A stretch of DNA of 45,049 nucleotides from Spirogloea muscicola (taxonomy: Eukaryota). The translations under genes were made by a program, and so were the position numbers. Numbering within the stretch: the first letter of the stretch is position 1; each line of letters begins with the position of its first letter. The stretch lies in NCBI GenBank assembly GCA_009602725.1, contig WELB01000010.1, positions 332,684-377,732 on the forward strand, in the 5' to 3' direction. The notes beneath the pieces were generated by a model that was given only the letters and a program-made list of their open reading frames with translations, was not told where the DNA came from and searched no databases. This document shows positions 27,406 to 40,100 of the stretch, one piece after another.

Positions 27406-29936
27406 TCACATGAGAATGCTATGTGCTGCCTCTGCTGCAGGCGGTGTCCATGGCGCGTTCGACGAGTCAAAGTCCAGCTTCCTCTTCGCACCGGCGCTTG
27501 AAGCTTGAGGGACTCGTCGTCTCAAGCTCGCCAAGCGTGTAGTGGTCTTGGACTCTGACACTAACTCGTCATCAGCAGATGCAGCTTGTCTGCAAGCACC
27601 CTCAGTCACGCCTGTGGCTGCAACAATCAGCACCTTGTCTTTGCTGGCCACTCTTGCTGCAGCCCTAAGGACTTTAGGACCTGCACCCTCCTGTGGCTCT
27701 TGTCCTGTCACGACTCCAATGACGCTTCTGCTATCTGTGATGACTTTGCCTTTGCTGCATCGCATGTTGTGGCCTGTGATGCGGCCAAACTCGGACTGCA
27801 CCATGCTGCTGAGGCGACCAAAGCACTTCTCATATTCAGCCCAGAGCTCCCACCTATGTGACATTAACAAAGACTAAGGTCAGCTGGAGCCAAAGGCATT
27901 TGAAGCCTTTTAGGTCGGCTATTCGTATCCGAGGCAAAGAGCATGTAAAGATCTGAGTATCAATTGAGTCAACAGCGTCAGGCGCACCAGTACGCTAAGA
28001 ATTGGTAAGGGGCAAAGCTGCTGTAAGCCTCCTTGGCCAATGTCTCCACGTTCGTCAGAGTGCAGTGCTTCATGCCTCGCACCTGGCAGCAGAAGCGCCA
28101 CATGAATAGAAAGATATTTCGTAATCACCTACTATTTTGTGGTACTGTGTGCATAAAGCTCCATCGACTGAGGAACCAACCTGCTGCAGATGTCGCACAG
28201 TCTCAGAATCGGCAGGGATGTTGGTGTAATCTCCAAGACATTGCAGGACATTGGCAGTTGAGAAGGGACCAAACCCTGGAACCTGCAAGATCTTCTGCTT
28301 CAGCTCTGGCAGAGGCAACACAGGCTGCCCTGCCAGACACTGGAGTGCTTGAAGATCCAGTTCTCCAGAATGAACGGACTTTGCAAATTGCAGTAGCCGC
28401 GTTGCACGATAGCCAAGCCCACATCTCTTGCTCAAGACCGAGGCATCCAAATTGGCTAGTTCGGCCGCCGTTGGGAACGCGCCCAGAATAGGCTCATTGG
28501 CAGACTGGCCCATGTTACTGAGATGATGTTTGGTCTCCTCGCCAGGTGTGAGTCTTTCGCCACTCCCGTTTTCTCCACTCACTTGCGCTGTCAGCTACAG
28601 CCAGCCTATTAGCTCAAGAGCCTCTGAGGTGCCTAGTCTAAGAGCTGCTCTCACTTATATGTGCAAGCGCTGAAAGATGACAAAACAAATTGGAATTGAA
28701 TTTTTGCGGGTTTTAGGTGTTGTGCAGATAATATTAGCATGTAACAAGCCGTCACCTTGTTTCAGAGTTATAAGAGCTGCTGCTCACCTTGATGTGCGGC
28801 CCCGTTGGATGCTGGACCCATGGACTTTCTTTTTGTGGCTTGCAAGTCGATGTATCCAAGTGGCAAACCTTCTAGCTCTGCTTGAAGCTCGCACAACTTC
28901 CGTGCCATTGACAGCGTGCGTCCCCACCTGCACTTTCAATGGATGGAATCTGCAGGCCATTTAGCAAAGGCAAACAATCATTGCACATTCTTTGCAGCTG
29001 TAGCTACAGGAGCTTTACTAAGTACATATTAAGAAAGCCTTTGTGTGCAGATATGCTTAAGCTGCTCCTACACCCGTTTCTGTTATCCACATACATGTCC
29101 TTGCTCACCCGCAATTGCATAGTAGAAGGGTTTTGACCATGTCTTCAAATAAGGATGGGGATCGGAAGAGCCGGCCAAAGTTTTCCTTCTTGGCCTTTGA
29201 ATGAAGTGCATGGAAACCTTGAATGGCAGCCTCCTCGTCTGGGTCAAAACGCAGCATCCTTACAATTTGCGCCTGAGATTTGTGCAGGGTCAGTTGGGAG
29301 AAAATCCAAGATTTATTGATCTTGTACAAGATGTGTCTACAGGACTCTGACATTCGTCAGCATCTCAGGTCAAGAAGGCGAAGCTATTGCTGCCTGTGTG
29401 GATAAGGATCCAGGGCAAGCAAGCTGTCTTCTGTCAGCTTTGCCGCAGCCCAACTCCAGCAGCTGCCTGCAAGTTATCTTCAACACTGCACGATAGATAG
29501 TTCTATCTAAGTTGGAACCAGTGTTACCCTGCAGTGCTTGGGCAGGCTGACGCACCTCCAGCACCACTCTGTCTGGGCTACTTAGCCCGTTGACGCCCCA
29601 CACAGACGCCTCCAGCCGCGCTGCTGGCTCGTCGTCGGCCAGGTCACCAACGTGACATGCGCAGTGGTCGCTGGGCGAGGTTTCAGAAGCAAGTCGAGCA
29701 CAACCTGGAGCACCCAGTCGCCGGCATTGCTGCGGCATGGAGATGACTACTATCGCCGAGCGGCCATCGGCCAGTCGCAGCGGCCGGGTCAATGTGGCGC
29801 CAGGCCTGCCGCTGTCCCCCGGCTGCGGTGGCGTCCAGATGTTGGGGGCCATCATGAAGAAGCCGTAGCTGCAGACCGCCTTCTGCAGGCAAAACCCTCT
29901 TGGCACCACAATGTCGAAGCACTGCGCAGTGGCCAT
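27406..29936 (-). CDS. Uncharacterised HhH-GPD superfamily DNA glycosylase (OGG1/AlkA-like fold); exons 29936-29556, 29272-29109, 28927-~28787, ~28590-28181, 28083-27987, 27853-27406
   Basis: KAVCSYGFFMMAPN, GRLFRSPSLFEDMVKTLLLCNCGWGRTLSMARKLCELQ, FPTAAELA..GLGYRA, HhH LQVPGFGPFSTANVL, IPADSETVRH and APYQFLAYWWELW. Confidence 0.8.
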
Positions 29937-29964
29937 GACGGGCGCCCTCGGAGGCGGATCACAG

Positions 29965-31090
29965 CGGCCTTTGGCAGAGCCCTCGCTGCTGCCTCTGGCT
30001 CTGACCAGGGGACCCACTTCCAGGAGCCTAGCATCTCTGATCTGCGGCTGCTTAGCAGGGATCACTGAGTAATGCGTAGCTGCTCTGTCTCTTTGTGTGC
30101 TTGTTTTCTTTAGCGCTTCCCCTGGCCCCCTTCCCCTTGGCCTACATTTCTAATACACGATCTCTCCTTCTCAGGCTAGTGCCTTGCACCAGAAAGCTGG
30201 GCGAGCTCTAGTAGGTGGCAGAAGGGCTCCGTTCCTGGCATCTAGTATTCATGCATCGAGTAGTGACCTTTATGTTTTGACCCGTGGTTATTGAGCGGGT
30301 CAATCTGCTGTAGGTTATGTAGATTTTTAGATGTGCTTGCCTTTGTACCTGGCCATTTGGCCTACATTTCTTTCTAATACACGATCTCTTCCCCTTCTCG
30401 TACTTTGTTCAATTTTTTTTGGGCTGGCTTTTCCAGCCCCTATCCTCAATGGGCGAGCACTTTCTTCTTTGTGGCGGATTCCTCTTCTTCAATGATGTCG
30501 ATGTGTAGCACAGACGCACTCAGGCTCCCTCAGACTTGGTCCATTCTTTTGGGCTGGCCTTTCCCAGCACAGAGGCTTCCGGCTGCACTCTCAACACCTA
30601 GGACGTAACTGTGATGCGTTGTATTGCATCGCCCTTTCCGCAACTGCTGATGGCCTCTGTCCAACAACTGTAGCAGACGTGCAATGAGCGTCAGTGCCAG
30701 CTTCTTGGCTTGTCCCTTGATGGGGTCTTAATCTTCAGGTCTCCAAGAAGGCGATGGAGCTGAGGCCAGCTTCTCTTACGCCTGGCTGCCGCTGTAGACG
30801 TTGGCTGTCTTGAGAGAGAAAAGACTCGTCCAGTAGATGGCTGTGATTGACCAGCCCGAAAAGCAGAATGAATACTTCAGAGGGGCCAGAAAAGCGTTGA
30901 AGAAAGCCTTGAGAGAGCTAAATTGCGACTAGAGGGCGGAAAAGCGCAGCCCTGACGGCACCCGGAGGCAGCAGCCGAGGCTCGACCTGCACGCAAGTAG
31001 ACAGCAAATGCCAAGGATATTGCAAGGCGCACACTGTGCATAGTACTGAAGGATGGAGGGGCCTGAGCGGCCGTCGTGCGCTGCGTGCCC
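29965..31090. mobile_element. Island 3 of CRE-like 3' fragments between the divergent glycosylase and VDR genes
   Basis: Family-E tail GRALAAASGSDQGTHFQEPSISDLRLLSRDH* (to 30068) has a family-C fragment (30180-30390) inside its UTR. A B-like fragment lies on the minus strand at ~30930-31090. Confidence 0.75.
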
Positions 31091-31490
31091 TGCTTGTGTC
31101 CCATCTCACCACCGTTAGCTTGAGGCGTCGAACCTCGTTCGTGACCGGTCGGTCCCGCGCCACTTTCGCCACTTGGGCCACACTTTTCCAGTACACGCAA
31201 GTCCCCGCGCCTGCCCGACGGCCCAGCCTGGTCGAGCTAGCTCGGCGGGGGTGGGGGGCGAAGGCCGCGCCGTCCGCCGTCGCTCGGTGCGCCCGACGCC
31301 GCTCAACCTCAGTGTGCGCATACTCGCGCCGCCGCATCAGTCGCCCGATGGCGCCGTGCTGATCCAGCGGGCATCGCAGCACTGCTGAGCTCCTTCCGAT
31401 CGCTCGAGCACGCTGGGGTAGCCGTCAGCTCCTTGGCTTTTGGCTTGTGGCTTACTGCGGCAGCTGCGTGTCCGTCTCGAAGGTGACATC

Positions 31491-34400
31491 ATGCTGAGGC
31501 CGCATAGTGCAGGCAGGAGACCCTGGAGGCTCCACTTGACCTCACGCCTTGCTCGTCTCAGCGCAGACAGCTCGGCAGAGTGCTTCTTCACCAAAGGCGC
31601 GCATTGCGTTGTGTTTATAAGTAGCCACGATGACCGTCTCCAAGCCTTGTTTCAAATAAGAGAGTGCGCCGACCTGAAACATAAGGTGCGACTGCAGCAA
31701 AATTTCTCACCTTTGCTGACACTTCACTGATTCAACAATGGCCTTGCCTCCTGCTCCGTTGACTTGCAAAATTTGTTAGGTGCAGGATGCATCAAAACAC
31801 TTGGCGACGTGAATTCATTCTACTCCTCTGCTGCCTAGCCTGAGAGGAACAGCTGCAGTCTGAGCAAAGCTCTACAAGGGGCGTACTCATGAAGGGCCGC
31901 AGTGCTTGACTGAGGTACTACGACATCAGCAGGTATCAACATGTTAAGCGGTACTCCATCAACAAGCAGCCCGTCTGCTTCTGCTGTCAGGTACTACTTT
32001 TTATTTCAAAGAGAATTAGGCGTGCAGTGGCTACTACTATCTCATATCATCAGCAAGCATTTACTAAGAGTATATGGCAATACCGGGAGTGTGTCTCGCA
32101 ACAAGTGCCCAGCCACAGGCCATTTGGATCACATTCATGTCCAACCGTTGAGCAAGCCAAAGCCAGGGCATTGACTCACTTAAATTGTTCACAAGGTCCT
32201 CTTCTGGCAATTTAGGGTCTTTCAGATAGGCAACCTGTTCCTTGAGTGCACCTGCCAGTATTCCTCAACCAATGCCCATAATTGTCAGTACTTCTTAGTG
32301 CACCTCCATAATGCTCAATATCAGGTCTATTGCACCAAGTGGTATGCTGCATGCACTCCTCCCTTCTGGTTTTGTGAGCAACAGATGGAGACTTGGCAAG
32401 GCATCCTCTTTGTGGCCACGAGTGAAAAAGTCAGGTGTGTCCCACTAACCGCAGTTGCCTACATTTGGCTGAGATAATTGACGTGGCAAGAAAGCAGAGA
32501 AGCAGAGTCTGTACCTGGGGAGACGATTGCAGCATCTTGCATCCTAAAAAGCACACCTTGAACAGCTCTTATGGGTCTCAGTGTCAATGGAACTGCTGGC
32601 GTTAGCTTGTGTCTCACCTTCTTTTTCACAGGTTTAAACACACATGCTTTGCAAGCTGAGTTCAGTCATTAAGTAAGATTTATACTTTCACGGCTAATGA
32701 CTTCCTTCATTTTTATCTAATGCATGTCCTATTTTGTCAGGTCAAGTGCAAGTGCTACGTTGTGATAGACAGGGGGTTAGTCACCTCTTGTCCATCAGAG
32801 CAAGCCTTGATACTGTTGAGACTGTGAGATCCTCACAGTCAGTCATGGGAGAAGCAACAATCACCTCCTTCACAAGCTGTGCCAGCGCAAAAGTAGTAGC
32901 CGTGGTCGATTCTACGAGCCACAGCCCATTCCAAGGCCACCCTGGCTGGCAAGAAGTGATGCAACACATGGTGAGTATCAAAACGAGCATCCGCTGCTTC
33001 ATGAGACAGTAGCTCTCATAAACAGCTGGTCGAAGTATCCTTGCTTATTTGCCCTACATTTAAGCCCAGAGCCCACCCCACTCTTACTGAGCCAAACTTG
33101 CTCGCTGGATGCATGCACACCACAGGCAAGAAGATTGCATTGGATTGAGCCATCTTTGGAGATGCTCGTCTATGAGGATCATGTCGCTACGTCACAACCA
33201 CCTGCTGAAGATCTTGACACAGCCCTAAAGCAAGCAGACATCCTAGTAGGTGTTGGAGTGAAGAACGCGGCTGCTGTGGCAGCATTGGCTCCATACACTG
33301 CTACTATTTCTACTGTGGTTTTGTTCGATTGCTCTGATCAAATGGCTGCGCTGACAAAGCTTGGTGACACCTATCCTAGACGCTGGACGGCTGTCCAAAG
33401 GACTGCAGCTTCACTTGGCCTGTGGAGCAATGGCAACAAAGCCCTGAAGGTGTGCACTACCTTGTGCGCAGTATGTACAGAAGCAGGTTGAGCATCACGC
33501 CTGTTTGGCATTGCTCACCACTAGCTGTGATGTGCAATGCCATGAGCTCGCTTGTAATAGTAGTCGGTTGAATGTCTGCAAATGGACAACAATGACGACT
33601 TTGCATAATCTGGTCAAAAGCGCCCCTGACACAACAAAGTCTCTATTATGCTTGCAGGCCCTTAATACTGTGACAGATGCCTGGGCTCGCAGTAACGCAG
33701 ACGATGTTTGGTTCTCAGTCCTATTCCTGATAAACGAATATGTGAGTGAGGTGCCAATGCTGAAGAACATGCGAGCAAAAGACTTTGATACTTTGCAGGT
33801 ACACCCTCTCAAAGTTGGAGTTGCAAGGCCCCCAGAGTCAAGCAGCGAGCTGGTATAGGCAGCTGTGCACATCAAGTCATGACCTTGTGTATCTGTCGCA
33901 TCATGCTTCAAAGGCCTGTACATGCAGTGCCCATCATGAAGGTCGACTGACTTGGAGCAGCTTTGTGTAACTTGACACAGTGCATGGTTGGCAACTGTGG
34001 CTCTGAGATAGGAGCGTGTATTTTAGATCCAACGTGCCGCAAGGCATTGACCTGTCTCACCAGCTGCGGCCCAACGGATCAAGTTTGCAGCTATAGGTGT
34101 ATAGTCTCTTATGAGAGTCCCCTGTTGGAGGCATTTTCTCGCTGCATTCTGCAAAAGCACAACTGCTTAGGGCTCGATGCGGAGATAAGGATGAGGCCTG
34201 AGGTCTTGGCTATGCCGTCCTACAGAGGACAGCCTATGACACATTCGTTGGCGGAGGACCTCTTTGTTGGATGGCTTGGCAAGTTTGATTGGAGCTGGCG
34301 AGTGGTTGCTGGTCAAAATGCAGCTTATGATCAGTTCCCATGTCAATACCAGGTGGAAAACATTAAGCTCCTTGCAGACAAGACTTATAAACCTGACTTG

Positions 34401-35516
34401 TCGACTTGATTCAGCACTTGCTGCGTCTTTGCCAAACAGAGCAACTGTAGAAAGCAGCAAACTGATAAATAGATGTCATATCTTGTGTCTCATGCCTTAT
34501 GAGACACAAGATATGAGATGTCATTCTCACTGCCCTGACCTTGCAGATATTTTATAGAGGAAAGGCCAAGAACTCGATGTGGTATGATCCCGTCTTTCAG
34601 GTGAGACATCAAGCAGCTGTGCAGTCTTGTACGTCTGTTCTGATTAAGCTGTTAATTTCCACAAAGCTGATCTAATCCTCAATTGGCAGGATCACAGCAC
34701 CTCCTCTGTCTTTGGAAGTTGTCACTAAGTATCTCACCTTGCCTAAGGGTTTTTGACGACACTCGGCTATGAAGAAAACCATCAATGCAGAGCATGTGTT
34801 GAGGGCAGGGTGTTCCTTCAAGATTCGACCACATAGCAGTCCTCAACACCTCAGAACTTCTGTACACATCCTGCTGAGCAGGTCAGCACATTGGATGGCA
34901 AGACTGTGTGGCGTCGAAGACATTATCGAGTGAGGAGGGCAGAGGTGCCGGGCACTTTCTATTTCAGTGTTCTAGACAATGGCGTCATATCTAAGGAGTT
35001 CTGGCGGATTGTGGACGTGTGTGAGGACTTGTCATGGGGCCTCTTCTATTACAGGTGCACAGCTCCTTCCTTGCTCCTACAAGTATGGCCAAGGAGAGGG
35101 GCTTGTCTAACCTTGCTGCAATTGCTGGCCAAAACAAGCAGTGAAGCATTCACCATACGGGCTTTGCCACTCGGTAAATTTGCATGCGGCAAGGGTGCCT
35201 CCTGTGAAGAGCACAGTTAATGGTGTTGATACATGCTTGCTTGGTCAGCAACTTGCGTTTTCAGCAACTTACTTACTTGATAACAATTGCCTCTGTCAGT
35301 GGTGCGGCAGCAGCAGCAGGACAGTCGTACACAGGAGCAGTCCTGGTGACTCCAGATGGGAACTGGCCTGGAGAGAGGCACGATGAGAGGCTGCTCTTAG
35401 CTTTGGACAGCTGCGGCATCAAGCTCTGGGAGCTCTTTCGAGTGGATAATACTTGTTGCAGTCATGCCCCGCTAGGCCTCTCACCTGACACACCAGCACC
35501 ACACCCCATCATCTGA
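31491..35516 (+). CDS. VDR: Violaxanthin de-epoxidase-related protein (first exon 31491-31596 tentative; then 32741-32970, 33126-33449, 33658-33798, 33981-34352, 34547-34600, 34882-35054, 35300-35516)
   Basis: Cys-rich VDE-type domain CMVGNCGSEIGACILDPTCRKALTCLTSCGPTDQVCSYRCIVSYES…CILQKHNC, then lipocalin-like WRVVAGQNAAYDQFPCQYQ, WYDPVFQ, WRRRHYRVRR, LDNGVISKEFWRIVD and GQSYTGAVLVTPDG. Confidence 0.9.
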
Positions 35517-36727
35517 GATTTGTGCAGCGCCAACAAGGACAACAAATGCAGCCAGCTCTTGTGAGTGGATACAGCTTGGTTGTGCTCGGGTGCAAGATGC
35601 CGCTGCGCTTGGCAGCATCACAGACCATTTCATTTGTGAACCTCTGTTCATCGTGCAGGTACTAATTGCCATTTGCGGGCTCGCCAGAGCCTTGCCATCA
35701 AGTCAGGGGCTTGGCGCTTTGAGCCTGCAAGCATACGAGCAGGCCAACTGCAAGACCCCTGAGACTGACGTGGCGCTTGACAGCCGCTTTGGAAGCGTCC
35801 AAGTCCTGAGCAAAAGAATATTCAACAAATACGGCCTAGGGAGGATTTGGCCAAGTGCCTGAGAATGTGTCGCAGACTGTGCTCAAGCGGGTGCAACAGA
35901 GAGCACCAGTGCAAGATAAAGGCAGGAGACACGGTGCTTGAGTCCGAGCACATGGTTGCTTACACTACTGGGACTGCATCCACTGTCCTTCTGTGTCTGG
36001 CCCCTGACATCTGCGATACTGCCTAGAGTTCGCCAACCCCCATGGCCATTGTCCGGCTGCTGTATCCAGGCAAGCTAGCTTTACTACCCAGGACACTCCA
36101 GCCGCTTGTGAGAGAGCATCGCTGCTCCTTCTACGGGGCAAACGTGTGAGCAGCGAGCCCACAGAGAACGTGTCGATTTCGCCATGGCAGGTCAGCGCCA
36201 GCAGAATCAAGCCTTAATCACTGGAGTTGGTGGCTGAGAAAGCTCAGCGCATAAGAACGAAGAGTTGGGCGAGCAGCACCCACACACTGGGCTCATCACA
36301 GTAGAGCATCTGTCTACTGGTAGTAAGTACTGATCAGCAGCCGAAGGTTGGACGCCTGGCAGCAGGACGGTCGCCCCTGCAACATCCTCAAGCACATCCA
36401 CTGCGATTGAAGCCGGCGCAGCACGGAAGCCGCCACAGCAGTAGTGGTGAGAGCTCAAGCTGATGGGTCCGACGACGAGTCACTCGGCCGTCTATTAGCG
36501 GTGTGCAGCAGCTCCGCAACGCCCGCTGGCTGTGGCGTATGACCCCGGCGGCCTCCCCGTGGCTTCTATTTAGTGTCGGTCGCAGCGCTGGTGGCGGGCA
36601 TCTGGGCAGGGTCAGGCGCCCAGGCCCCCGGCGCCTATGTCACGTTGCCTGACAGCGACGTGCCGCGGCGCGGCTCCACTGACGTTCGCACAACTACAAG
36701 AGCCGGGCCGCCCGTACACCCGGCCGC

Positions 36728-37169
36728 TGAAAACCGTCCTGTGCTGCGCGCTCTTGCACCTGACCTGTGTTGTACACGGCTCGCTCAGCATCTGTGTCTC
36801 TCCAGTCTTGCTCCTCCACTGAGCGTCCTCCAGGTCCAGCAGATCGGCCTCGTTGAGGCGGTGGCCCTCTTTGAGACGGCGGCCCAGCAGAGCGACCTCG
36901 TCGCAGTGACTCAGACGCAGATGTACTCATGGTGGTAGACAGACTTGGATCTCAGACAGACAGTCAGACAGCACAGGCTCCGCCCTCACCCAAGGTGGGT
37001 GGCAGCCTGGCTAGGGCGCACGGGCGCACCGCGTGGCCTCAGATTTGGAGAGTGAGCACGACGGGTGCCCGAGGCCTCCCTTATCCAGGGGAGACTCTCA
37101 AGGCCCAATAGACGGGCGGGATGGTCACCCACCCCGACCCGCCGATTCAACATATTACAATATTCAACA
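36728..37169 (-). repeat. 3' LTR
   Basis: Direct repeat of 41293-41734 with 3 substitutions counted by eye. Preceded on the minus strand by the purine tract AGTGGGAG. Confidence 0.95.
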
Positions 37170-37175
37170 CTCCCA

Positions 37176-40100
37176 CTAAATATGTGAATCAGCCAGACCT
37201 AGCAAACTTCTACATCTATCATACTCGGGCTTAAACAAGCCCTTGGTCAGAATATCTGCAGTCATATCTGCTGAACTACAGTGCTGCATCTTGATGACTC
37301 CTTCGTCTACCTTCTCTCGGATGAAATGATGTTGTATCTCAATATGCTTAGTACGAGCATGATAGACTGGACTCTTAATCAAAGCAATGCTACCTTGACT
37401 GTCGCTGAACAAAGTGGTTGCGCTCGATGAAGAGAGGAATCCACATTCTTGTAGTAGTCTCCTCAGCCAGATTGCTTCTTTTGCTGCTGCAGTCGTTGCC
37501 ATGTACTCCGCTTCAACAGTTGAAGTCGCCACAGTCGGCTGTTTCCTACTACTCCAACTGACTGTTCCTGCTCCCAACTGGAAAGCATAACCTGTTACTG
37601 ACTTTCTATCATCCAGACTGCGTCCCAAGTCAGCATCACAAAATCCCACCAGTTCATCAGATTTATCTCCTGTATTTCTAAATGTCAAACACAGAGTCTT
37701 GCTTCCCTGCAGATATCGCATGATTCTCTTGACAGCTTTCCAATGCTCAACACCAGGATCTTGCACAAACTGAGCAACCACTCCCACTGCTGCTGCTATG
37801 TCTGGACGTGCTGCCACAGCTATGTACATCAAACATCCCACTGCCTCCCTGTAAGGCACCTGTGCCATCTTCTGTCTATCTCGATTTGTCTTGGGTCCCT
37901 GATCCTTGCTCAAAGTCTGTTTAGTATCCTGTGGGGTAGAGATAGGGTTGCAGTCTTGCATACCAAATCTGTCCAAGACTTCAGTAATGTACTTTGACAA
38001 ACTCAAGGTCAGTATCCTCTGGCTTCTATCTCTCTTGATTTGAATACCCAAAAGATACTCCAAGGGCCCAAGATCCTTCATCTTGAATCTACTACTCAGC
38101 TCTTGCTTTACTCTCTTCACTTCAGTAGCTGAATCTCCCAGTAAGATCAGATCATCAACATACAGTGCTAGAACCACCTTAGCAGGTTTCTCCCTCACAT
38201 ACACACTGTGATCAGCCTCAGATCTCTTGAAACCTTGGTTCAGTAGGAAAGTGTCAATCTGTGCATACCAGGCCCTGGGCGCCTGTTTAAGCCCATACAG
38301 CGCTTTCTTCAGCTTGCACACTTGACTCTCCTTGCCCTTCACCTTAAAACCTGCAGGCTGTTGCATGTAGATCTCTTCCTCAAGATCACCATTCAAGAAT
38401 GCTGTGGTGACGTCCATCTGCTCAATTTCCAAATCATGAATAGCTGCCATAGCCAGCAAACTTCTGACAGCACTATTCTTAACCACTGGAGCAAATGTCT
38501 CATTGTAGTCAATCCCTTCCTTCTGAGCACAGCCTTTAGCAACAAGGCGTGCTTTATACCGATCGACAGACCCATCACCCTTCAGTTTGATCTTGAACAC
38601 CCATTTGCTGGGTATCGCCTTCCTGCCAGCAGGTAACTCTACCAAATCCCAAGTCTTGTTCTCCTTGATAGAATCTAGTTCTGCCTCTGCTGCTGCTTTC
38701 CACTTGAGTGCTGCATCACTACTCATGGCCTCTTGCATTGTGAGAGGCTCATGTAACACTACAGCAGCTAAAGCACGAATATCTGTCCTAGATACTCCAA
38801 ATGGAGCAGCATTCTCCTCCAGGTCTTCACCTCCTGCCCTTGCTTCCACTCCATCACCAGATTCAGACCCTGCTTCCACAGTATTCACAATGTCAGGCTC
38901 TTCAGATACAGGCCACCATTGCATGTCTCCCACTGTCTCAGAAGGCCGTAACGGAAATGCAGAATAATCTGGACCTCTCTGCTCATCAAACACTACATCT
39001 CTGCTGAAGATCATCCTCCTGTTCTCAAGATCAAACATTTTCCACGCTTTCACGTGTTCACCATATCCTACCATAACACACTGACGAGCCTTGGATTGCA
39101 ACTTGTGTCTCATCTCAGTAGGAACATGCACCCACGCAGAACAACCAAATACTCTAAGATGAGCAACTGTAGGTTTCTTGCCAGTCCAGACCTCCTGTGG
39201 CGTCATGCCTTCTACTGCACTAGTAGGCATTCTATTCTTCAGATAAACGGCCGTTGCGACTGCTTCAGCCCAGAATTCTGATGGTGTATACAAATGGAAC
39301 AGTAAGCACCTTGCAATCTCCATAACGGATCTATTCCACCTCTCCGCCACACCATTCTGCTGAGGACGATAGGTCGCTGTCAACTGCCTGTGTATGCCCT
39401 GTTGCTGACAGAACCGTTCAAACTCCTTAGAAGTATATTCTCCACCATTATCAGATCTAAGAGCCTTAAGCTTCTTCCCTGTCTGCAACTCAACTGCAGC
39501 TTTGAAACGCATGAACTTGTCCAACACTTCACTCTTGTTTTTCAGAAAGTAAACCTTGCTCCATCGACTGGCATCATCAATGAAGGACAAAATATATCTG
39601 CTGCCCCCTAAAGATGGTACTTGCATAGGGCCACAGACATCAGAATGCACCAGCTCCAGAAGCGTAGAAGCTCTAAAGTGCTCACCAGCAAGCGGTTGTT
39701 GAAGATGAAGTTTACCCTGAACACAACTCCGGCAGAAGTCGGGTTCAACATCTCTTACAAAAGGTTCGACTCCATGCACCAGGTTCTTGAGCTTCTTCAT
39801 CCTCTGAATATTTGGATGACCCAGTCGAGCATGCCATTGCTCAAAAGTATTTTTATCAGATTCAGAAACATTAACACTGCCCTGGACCTGTATAGGGTTC
39901 TGCACCTGCTTCTGTGTCTGCACCTGTCCGTCCAAGGTGAACAGGTCACCTGACCTGCGTCCTGTCAGAATTGGAGCGCCAGACTTGCTGATTGTACAGA
40001 CATTGCCGGCAAAGGCAACATAGTAGCCCTTGTCTAAAAGTTGCGAGACAGATAGGAGGTTCGATGTCAAACCAGGGGCATGATAGACATCCTTCAGGAG

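Noticed and set aside
35900..36720. Minus-strand ORFs 35965-36458 next to the copia 3' LTR
   Set aside because: No recognisable domain or consistent exon structure.
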